Source: Candidatus Thorarchaeota archaeon (GTDB lineage Archaea; Asgardarchaeota; Thorarchaeia; Thorarchaeales; Thorarchaeaceae). Taken from it: a stretch of DNA of 15,137 nt. The notes below the pieces were generated by a model. It did not search any database. It worked only from the letters and a program-made list of their open reading frames with translations, and was not told the origin of the DNA. The position numbers and the translations under genes were made by a program. Positions 1 to 6,500 of the stretch are shown here, piece by piece (position 1 is the stretch's first letter; every line of letters starts with the position of its first letter). The stretch lies in NCBI GenBank assembly GCA_016839605.1, contig JAEOTX010000117.1:1-15137 (forward strand). Direction: 5' to 3'.

Positions 1-411
1 GACCATCTAGAGAAGGGAAGATATAGTGCTCTAATAGTATCACCATTGACAAGAACAAAGATTGTACCGGACGTTATTCTTGTGTATGGAAATCCTGCTC
101 AGATGATGCGTCTCCTGCAAGGGGCCATGAACAAAGATGGAAAGAGATTGAAAGCTGAATTAGCAGGAATCATGGCCTCTTGTACTAGTGGAGTTCTTCG
201 CACTTTCAATACTCAAGACTATCAAATAGTAATACCTGGAAATGGAGACCGAGTATTTGCAGGTGCAAATGATGATGAAATGCTCTTTGCAATACCAGCC
301 GCAAAAGCTGAGGAAGTAGTGAATAGGATGAGACAACAGCGTTTCGCTAAATATCCAATTCCAATCTCGATGAAAATGCCGCCTCCTTTTCCAGGACTTG
401 AAGCGACTTGA
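1..411 (+). CDS. DUF169-family protein, C-terminal part (5' truncated by window edge)
   Basis: Frame 1 is open from base 1 (DHLEKGRYSALIVSPLTRTK...), so the TTG at 46 is probably internal. Motifs 'SPL...PDVILVYGNPAQMMRL', 'ASC', 'PGNGDRVFAG..DDEMLFAIP' match DUF169. Confidence 0.8.
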   Translation, partial: DHLEKGRYSALIVSPLTRTKIVPDVILVYGNPAQMMRLLQGAMNKDGKRLKAELAGIMASCTSGVLRTFNTQDYQIVIPGNGDRVFAGANDDEMLFAIPAAKAEEVVNRMRQQRFAKYPIPISMKMPPPFPGLEAT

Positions 412-440
412 CTAAATGGACCACCTTCCCCATGAAATTG

Positions 441-461
441 AAGCGGCAGGAGTTCATTGAC
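441..461 (+). repeat. 21-bp direct repeat, copy 1 (AAGCGGCAGGAGTTCATTGAC); right arm of an imperfect palindrome at 415-458
   Basis: Exact match to 2022-2042. The left arm AATGGACCACCTTCCCCAT (415-433) aligns with one gap to AATGAACTCCTGCCGCTT, the reverse complement of the right arm. Confidence 0.9.
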
Positions 462-570
462 AGACAAAGGACTGTGAATGAAGCAGTTGAAACTCCAAGC
501 ATCACAACAACATCCACTAATCCCTGTATAATCGAGCCATCTCTCAATCATACCCCAGCGCTTAAGAACG

Positions 571-1008
571 ATGAAGATGTCTGGTTCTATGTGTCGCAAA
601 ATGAGCGGAATGGGGAGAGAAAATCAATTTAGACTTAAGGATCGAAAACTTGAGAGCAGATTGCGTGATATGCCAGTATGGAGGTACATCCAGAAGAATC
701 AACCCATGCTTGAAGCTATTGATCATCTCTATGGCCTCCTCAACACAGTCTTACTAGAATATCCCACTGCACAATTGAAACTCCATTCTCGAAGTGAGCC
801 AGGACTGAGAGCCGTAGTCTTTGTCTTTCTCACCAATCTCTCCCAGCCTGAATCTATTGACCTATGGCGGAACCTCAATCGCTCGTTTGAAAACGCAGTG
901 CAGCACAAATGGCCCAAAAAGGCCCGGCAAATCTTGTGGCAACTCCAAGTTGAGGTTCGAAATCAGAATAATAGCGAATTAAGAATGAAGCGGGGGGATC
1001 TGTATTGA
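571..1008 (+). CDS. Hypothetical protein, putative antitoxin-like partner of the downstream HEPN-like protein
   Basis: 145-aa ORF; the true start may be a later ATG (601, 610 or 670). Its stop overlaps the next start (TTGA, 1005-1008). The helix-strand-'SEP'-strand-helix pattern resembles small alpha/beta proteins found beside HEPN genes. No GS..DxD nucleotidyltransferase motif is present. Confidence 0.6.
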   Translation: MKMSGSMCRKMSGMGRENQFRLKDRKLESRLRDMPVWRYIQKNQPMLEAIDHLYGLLNTVLLEYPTAQLKLHSRSEPGLRAVVFVFLTNLSQPESIDLWRNLNRSFENAVQHKWPKKARQILWQLQVEVRNQNNSELRMKRGDLY

Positions 1009-1460
1009 GCGGTATCCCATCTTCTTGGCGTGATTACCTCACGTTCATTGATACCCTCTTACAAGAATACAGGCATGGTGGTACTGTTCCAGACTATCCA
1101 GATGCAACAAAGAATGAGGATGTTGTTTCTAGACTGATAGTAGGCAGAGCATTCCTTTCAGTCTATTTGCACATCAAGCTGGATCTATTGAGAAGAAGTT
1201 GTACATTACCCAAAAGACCAGCTAATTCCTACCTCAAAGTTGCCAAAAAAGTGACTAGCGCACTTCAGGGATATAGCGGCAATAATCTGTCACAACGACT
1301 ACTGAGTCTAAAATCTGACTGGCTGGATGCTGACTACGAATACAATACAATTTACAATTTTCAAAATGCTCAAGATGCAATTGACAGTGCGCGAAGTATC
1401 ATTAATGATTTTGACCTTGAAGTTCAAAGAAAGCTGAATGATGGCCATGCTTTGTGCTAG
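1005..1460 (+). CDS. HEPN-domain-like protein (UPF0332/DUF86-like), divergent
   Basis: Pattern 'W.DYL...LL', 'RLIVGRAFLSVYLH' (cf. RxAISRAYYAxFH), 'LLSLKSDWLDADY' (cf. LxxLxxxRxxADY), 'AQDAIDSARSII'. TTG start follows a G-rich SD-like run (GGGGGGAT). Confidence 0.7.
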   Translation: MSGIPSSWRDYLTFIDTLLQEYRHGGTVPDYPDATKNEDVVSRLIVGRAFLSVYLHIKLDLLRRSCTLPKRPANSYLKVAKKVTSALQGYSGNNLSQRLLSLKSDWLDADYEYNTIYNFQNAQDAIDSARSIINDFDLEVQRKLNDGHALC

Positions 1461-1474
1461 CTACGACTATTCAT

Positions 1475-1514
1475 CCGGAATTTCGATTACTTCCAGAGAT
1501 ACGGAAATTCCAGG
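1475..1514. terminator. Imperfect hairpin between convergent genes (possible terminator or processing site)
   Basis: GGAATTTC (1477-1484) and GAAATTCC (1504-1511) are a perfect 8-bp inverted repeat, extendable with single-base bulges. Confidence 0.35.
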
Positions 1515-1573
1515 TCCCAATGATGCCCCTCTCCTAGCCAACTCCACCGGATTCTGTCATCCTATTCACACAG

Positions 1574-1933
1574 TTACATTGTAGGTGCAGTTTGAACTTT
1601 CTGTTCTTCGGGACTAGAGTGCTTTGGGGGATTTGAAATTACAAAATACACAGCTAGAAGAAAAACGGCAGATACGAGAACAAGCATGGATATCAGAATC
1701 ACAAATTCATTCAGAATCAAAAAATATCCCAAAAGAATCACGAGTAAAAGTACATAGAAGGCACAGATAACGAGTGTGAGCTTGATGAAGTAATTCCTTC
1801 TATGACGGTTCCAGTTTCGAAAGAATTCCGCATCGCGTGCTGTTCTGGGCATTGCTGCATCATGACTGATAAGGCTTGAAATCTCTTGAGGTTTTGCAAT
1901 ACTGAGGATTGAAAGATTTGAATTGGTCAGCAT
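1574..1933 (-). CDS. Small hypothetical membrane protein (2 TM helices)
   Basis: Basic stretch RNWNRHRRN followed by two hydrophobic segments (LTLVICAFYVLLLVILLGYFLIL; FVILISMLVLVSAVFLLAVYFVI). Alternative start ATG at 1852 (MPRTARD...). Confidence 0.6.
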   Translation of the reverse strand: MLTNSNLSILSIAKPQEISSLISHDAAMPRTARDAEFFRNWNRHRRNYFIKLTLVICAFYVLLLVILLGYFLILNEFVILISMLVLVSAVFLLAVYFVISNPPKHSSPEEQKVQTAPTM

Positions 1934-2021
1934 AAACTCGCGCTAGAGATTAGCGAGTTTGCTCTCTCAATCCCGAATCATGTACAAATATTTGCAAAAT
2001 CTTCAGTCTTGGAACTCCTCA

Positions 2022-2042
2022 AAGCGGCAGGAGTTCATTGAC
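2022..2042 (+). repeat. 21-bp direct repeat, copy 2; part of hairpin GAACTCCT-9nt-AGGAGTTC (2012-2036)
   Basis: Exact match to 441-461. Perfect 8-bp inverted repeat at 2012-2019 / 2029-2036. Confidence 0.9.
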
Positions 2043-2083
2043 GCACACAGATATACTGCATGAAAGGGCAATGCTATGCTGAC

Positions 2084-2824
2084 TCATTTCTGAATGATAT
2101 AGAAGACTGAGCCGTAGAATTCTGAGTCGTACTTCCTTACTATATCAATCTCTTCCTGATTCAAGTCAAGAAATGCATTGAACTCGCTGTTTGCTCCATG
2201 AATCTCTCGAAGTTCTCTGATCCTCTTCTCAAGAGGTAAGTAGCAATACTCCATAGTTTCTGAAGTTGGAATGAGGAGAGAGTCAACGAGTCGATAGTCT
2301 TGATTCTCAATCGCCTCCTCAATCTTCGCGTGTGTCGTCACACCAGGGTAGCTCCGCTCCCAGTAATTTCTAGCTTCATCAGGGACTATGCCTTTCAGCT
2401 TGACAACGGTTGAAATCACGATGTATCCCCTCGTCTTAAGGAAACGTTTCCATGATTTGAGAGCTCCCATGACGCCAATCCTGAAAATTACATTTTCAGC
2501 CCATATCACATCAAAGGCTCCATCTTCGAAGTCCATGGTGAACATGTCTTGCTTGAGAGTACGAATTCTATGTGAGAGATTCTGTGCTTCTGCTTTCGCC
2601 TCTAGCATGTCTAGATATGTTTGATTGATGTCTAGAGATACAATGCTGCCATCAGAGATCTTAGCGAGTTCGATTGAGCTCAAGCCGGTTGCACAACCGA
2701 CATCCAGAATACTCGGCTTTGGCGGGAGCTGAAGCATTTCGAATACTTTTCGGATAATCTTGGGCGAACCTGTACCAAGCTTGGGGATATCTTTGTATAG
2801 ATCAGTCAGAAATGCATCATCCAT
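2084..2824 (-). CDS. Class I SAM-dependent methyltransferase
   Basis: Motif I 'ILDVGCATG', acidic 'SLDIN', 'QDMFTMDFEDGAFDVIWAE', 'WKRFLKTRGYIVIS'. Confidence 0.9.
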   Translation of the reverse strand: MDDAFLTDLYKDIPKLGTGSPKIIRKVFEMLQLPPKPSILDVGCATGLSSIELAKISDGSIVSLDINQTYLDMLEAKAEAQNLSHRIRTLKQDMFTMDFEDGAFDVIWAENVIFRIGVMGALKSWKRFLKTRGYIVISTVVKLKGIVPDEARNYWERSYPGVTTHAKIEEAIENQDYRLVDSLLIPTSETMEYCYLPLEKRIRELREIHGANSEFNAFLDLNQEEIDIVRKYDSEFYGSVFYIIQK

Positions 2825-2903
2825 GTCCCTGCATCCTCATATGACATGATGTAAGATTTTCGATGCAGGGCTCATCACGCGCATATAGGCGAGTGCTAGA
2901 CCT

Positions 2904-3590
2904 TCAACCGAACTGTTCGAAGATTTGCTGACGCGGAATAAGTTCTCTTGATATTTTACTCAATGTGTCGTCCGCTATTCTTCCATTGCTGACAATCTGA
3001 TGACCGGCATCTCGAAGAGATTCTATGACATCTTCAAAGGAAGCACCTCTCTCCTCAGCTACAGGAATGACCCATGCGCATGGTCGGAGAACGGCACCAA
3101 CGAATTCTCGCTTCATATTCAATGCCGCTGCCTTCATATGAACTACAAGTGGGTCGAAATTATCAAGCTCTGTAAAGCCGCTGACTGAAACAAGTGCAAT
3201 CTTGCCTGCCTTAGTTCCTTCTCTCAATGGATGCCGGCAATGATCATCCCTTATTTCCCACTTCCCCTCTAGAAGAGGAATTGACCTGTCCATGAATATC
3301 TTCATTGGTCCTGTCATGCCATCGACATAGACGGGTGTAGCATACACTACGAGGTCTGCGTCTGCGAGTTTCGGGAGCATATTCTTCATATCATCATCCT
3401 GGATGCACACTCCGGGAGTCTTCCACCAGCAGTCAAAGCAACCGCGACAAGGATTAATCTTCAGCTTTGGTATATTGACGAGCTCGACATTAGCTCCAGC
3501 ACTCTCCATGCCTTCAATGAATGGCTTGAGAATGCCTGCAGTTGCTCCTCGATCTCCTCTAGGGCTACCATTGATGACTAGGACTTTCAT
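2904..3590 (-). CDS. Flavodoxin-family / iron-sulfur flavoprotein (NADPH-dependent FMN reductase fold)
   Basis: 'KVLVINGSPR...T', Fe-S motif C-x2-C-x2-C-x7-C (CRGCFDCWWKTPGVC), 'DDM', 'ADLVVYATPVY', 'MKIFMDR'. Confidence 0.9.
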   Translation of the reverse strand: MKVLVINGSPRGDRGATAGILKPFIEGMESAGANVELVNIPKLKINPCRGCFDCWWKTPGVCIQDDDMKNMLPKLADADLVVYATPVYVDGMTGPMKIFMDRSIPLLEGKWEIRDDHCRHPLREGTKAGKIALVSVSGFTELDNFDPLVVHMKAAALNMKREFVGAVLRPCAWVIPVAEERGASFEDVIESLRDAGHQIVSNGRIADDTLSKISRELIPRQQIFEQFG

Positions 3591-3780
3591 AAGAGATTCG
3601 GAAATTTGGGGTCCTATTGAACATGTCGGCAGGCATCCTGCTCTGATTAATAAGTAAACGAAGCTATAGTTGGGATATTGCGGGAGATTGAGTATGCATT
3701 TGAACGATGACTCCTAATCAATGACTAACTTATGCAAACCTGGACTTCATTCTCGCTTCAAAGGGAGATTGTTGATTTCG

Positions 3781-5607
3781 ATGAAAGTCAGAGTCAGTTT
3801 GGCTGTTGTGTTGTTGGTGTCTTCACTTTTTTTTGGGGCACTCACACCAACTACAGGTTCGGCTGTTTCAATAATCAAAGGAAACTCATCATTCACTGCA
3901 ACAATACCGCATGATCCAATAGTTATCATAGGAGATGCCAACTTCAGCGACACAGCGCTAGTAGAAGGTTGGTCGGGTGATGGTTCATCAGGTTTGCCAT
4001 ATATCATTGAGAACCTCGACATAGATCTAGGGTTTACTCCAACTGCTGCTATTAGCATCACAGGCACGCAGGCGCACTTCGTTATTCGACAATGTTACCT
4101 TACGGGTCCATTAGCTACACCTTCCTATGGGGTACACCTCGAAAACGTTGCTAATGGTATAATTGATAATACAGACTGTAGTGGTTTCTCGACTGGAATC
4201 AACATCACCGGATGCGATAGCATAACCGTTTCAGACAATAATTGCAGTGACAACCCCAATGGCATCTATATTATATCCTCAAACTCTAGCACAGTCATCA
4301 ATAACATTTGCAGTAACACAATGTTCATTGGGATTCGAATTGAAAGCTCAAATTCAAGCATTGTGAGTGGCAATATATGCAATGATGGCGATATCAATGG
4401 ACTCTACATGAATAATTGCAACTCAACCATTGCGAATGATAATGTGTGCAACAATAACAACTATGGCCTTTTCCTACATACATGCAATTTTAGTACTGTA
4501 AACCGTAACACCTGCAATGAGAACGCCTTATCTGGCATCTACCTATTCCGGTGCCATTCCAGTTCTGCGGCTGACAACACATGCAACTACAACAGAGAAG
4601 GCATGTATATCCAAGAGATGGACCATAACAATGTGACTCGGAACTCGTGCACACTCAATACACTTCGGGGTATTGTACTCCAAGAATGTGATTTCAATAA
4701 CTTGACCTTCAATATCATTGCAAACACCACGACAGATTTCGGACTCCTTCTTCCTGGGCAGTCAGACAACAATGATCTCACTTGGAATGTCCTCGTTCAT
4801 AATGTGTTTAACTGCATAGACGATGGAATAGGCAATACATTCGACAATAACTATTGGTCCGATTACGGTGGTGTTGACAATGATGAAGATGGAATTGGTG
4901 ATACAACATACCTCTTCGATACCACGAATTCCGATTCTAATCCGTTGATGTATTATCCATTTCCGCCGGAATTCGCGCAGACTCCCGTTGACCAGGTCAT
5001 TGAGTTTGGAACTGTCTTCTCGTATACACTCGAGTTTACAGTCACAGCTACAACTGCACCCTATCAGCTGTCTGTCGATGACGTAGCGAACTTCGCAGTT
5101 GATACTGGTGACACAATTATCAGTAGAACAACCCCGGAAGTGGGGATCTACCCTGTACAGACAGTCGCAACAAACATCTATGGATTTGCAACCGTAAGTG
5201 CCTTCACTCTAACTGTTGCAGACACGACACCCCCAACCGTTACTGATGCAGAAGACATCGAATTTCTTGAAGGCGAGGGTGGTGATTATGAGCTACAGTG
5301 GACACTCTCGGACCTCAGCCCTCTCAACTTTGTGCTCCTCAGAAACGGAACTGAGGTCATTTCAAGTAGTGAGCCTACGACTGCTGTATATTACTCAACA
5401 GCCGTTGAAGACCTTCCGCCAGGCGTGTACAACTACACTATCGTGGCAACAGACATCTGGGACAACGTAGCATTTGACACAGCCCTTGTCACAATTCTTC
5501 CCGTCCCGGTCCTCGATGCACTTCTTCCATGGCTGATTGTCGGTGCGGCTGCTGTTGTAGTTGTTATCGTGTCATTTGCTGTCTTCAGGAAACGAAAGGC
5601 CTCGTAA
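3781..5607 (+). CDS. Secreted, C-terminally membrane-anchored NosD/CASH right-handed parallel beta-helix protein with Ig-like C-terminal domains
   Basis: Signal-peptide-like N-terminus from ATG 3781 (MKVRVSLAVVLLVSSLFFGAL; ORF track starts at 3721). 'HDPIVIIGD', 'GDGSSGLPYIIEN', ~22-aa repeats 'NxCxxNxxGIxL', 'NYWSDY.G.D.DEDGIGDT.Y', 'DTTPPTV', 'GVYNYTIVATD..DN', and a C-terminal TM helix plus RKRK tail. Confidence 0.88.
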   Translation: MKVRVSLAVVLLVSSLFFGALTPTTGSAVSIIKGNSSFTATIPHDPIVIIGDANFSDTALVEGWSGDGSSGLPYIIENLDIDLGFTPTAAISITGTQAHFVIRQCYLTGPLATPSYGVHLENVANGIIDNTDCSGFSTGINITGCDSITVSDNNCSDNPNGIYIISSNSSTVINNICSNTMFIGIRIESSNSSIVSGNICNDGDINGLYMNNCNSTIANDNVCNNNNYGLFLHTCNFSTVNRNTCNENALSGIYLFRCHSSSAADNTCNYNREGMYIQEMDHNNVTRNSCTLNTLRGIVLQECDFNNLTFNIIANTTTDFGLLLPGQSDNNDLTWNVLVHNVFNCIDDGIGNTFDNNYWSDYGGVDNDEDGIGDTTYLFDTTNSDSNPLMYYPFPPEFAQTPVDQVIEFGTVFSYTLEFTVTATTAPYQLSVDDVANFAVDTGDTIISRTTPEVGIYPVQTVATNIYGFATVSAFTLTVADTTPPTVTDAEDIEFLEGEGGDYELQWTLSDLSPLNFVLLRNGTEVISSSEPTTAVYYSTAVEDLPPGVYNYTIVATDIWDNVAFDTALVTILPVPVLDALLPWLIVGAAAVVVVIVSFAVFRKRKAS

Positions 5608-5611
5608 TGGA

Positions 5612-6322
5612 TTAGCTAGATGCTTTCTTGGCTCTCTCATAGTTCCTGTTGTACCTCTCTCTGAGGTCTGCCTCAGCAATCAGAGGTTGACTGATAGATT
5701 CGAGGACATCAGTGTTCATCTTGCCTTGTTTGATTAGTTGCTTTCCTGCCATCTTTATTGCGTCAACAACAGCAAGAGCTTTCTCCTCGAATTCATTCAT
5801 CAGGAATGCATGGGGACGGAGTAATGCACCTGCAAACTCTACGCCGCCATTCTCAGCGATCTCTTTTGCTATGTGAAGCACTGTGTCTAGGTTGCCTTTC
5901 TCCCACCAGCCTCCTGTAGCTACAAGTACAATCTTTGAGATGTTGACATCATCATGGAATTTTGCTCGGGTTCGGCCATTTCGAAACTCCAAAATTGGCT
6001 CACAAATAGGCATTAATCGGTTTAGGAGATTCTGAAACTCACCAGGCAATGGAAGGTAGACTGGTGTAGCAAGGACCAGGATATCTGCCTCTTTCATTTT
6101 TGGAAACAGGATCTGCATATCGTCTGTGTGAATGCATTCGCCAACTTTATCAAACCAGCATTGGAAATCTCCCATGCACGGTCGGATTTTGAGCTTCTTA
6201 GCATACACCACTTCAACTGTGGCTCCTTCCTTTTCCATGCTCTGTAAGAATGGAGTCAACACCATAGCCGTGTTTCCTTTCTCCATACGTGCACTGCCAT
6301 TAATTGCGAGTACTTTCGTCAT
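5612..6322 (-). CDS. Flavodoxin-family / iron-sulfur flavoprotein, paralogue of 2904..3590
   Basis: 'KVLAINGSAR..GNT', C-x2-D-x2-C-x7-C (CMGDFQCWFDKVGEC), 'DDM', 'ADILVLATPVY', 'FAGALLRPH'. Confidence 0.9.
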   Translation of the reverse strand: MTKVLAINGSARMEKGNTAMVLTPFLQSMEKEGATVEVVYAKKLKIRPCMGDFQCWFDKVGECIHTDDMQILFPKMKEADILVLATPVYLPLPGEFQNLLNRLMPICEPILEFRNGRTRAKFHDDVNISKIVLVATGGWWEKGNLDTVLHIAKEIAENGGVEFAGALLRPHAFLMNEFEEKALAVVDAIKMAGKQLIKQGKMNTDVLESISQPLIAEADLRERYNRNYERAKKASS

Positions 6323-6500
6323 TGTGAATCCCTTTCATCCACATGCCATTAGATGCTTAGGCTGTATAGTCACGCTATAAATGCCACTCATGCTGATGAG
6401 GCAGCCTGCATCGAAGTATTGATGTACACGCACCAGAATTCCCTTCTTAATATATGACTACTTCAAGCTTTTTGGATGAGCAGGCCAAAGGGAGATTGAT

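Noticed and set aside
408-632. 74-aa ORF bridging DUF169 and the cassette
   Set aside because: It runs through the palindromic repeat, overlaps 571..1008 out of frame and has no recognisable motif; likely spurious.
441-2042. CRISPR array interpretation of the 21-bp repeat
   Set aside because: Only two copies about 1.58 kb apart, with no spacer periodicity and no cas genes.
2826-2906. Selenocysteine or read-through at the TGA ending the first flavoprotein (also the TGA of the thioredoxin-fold gene)
   Set aside because: The stops fall at the expected C-termini rather than at Cys-equivalent catalytic positions, the read-through peptide is not family-like, and no SECIS was recognised.
6340-6410. 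Fluoride (crcB) riboswitch-like 3' segment AAATGC...GCTGATGA..GCCT
   Set aside because: The 5' GGNGAUGR stem and pseudoknot partner are absent, and there is no fluoride-related gene downstream.
6393-6416. Hammerhead-ribozyme-like core CTGATGAG...CGAA (also GTGATGAG...CGAAA at 2878-2858, minus strand)
   Set aside because: One copy has GAAG instead of GAAA and the other lacks the C of CUGAUGA. I could not build stems I and III with a UH cleavage site for either.
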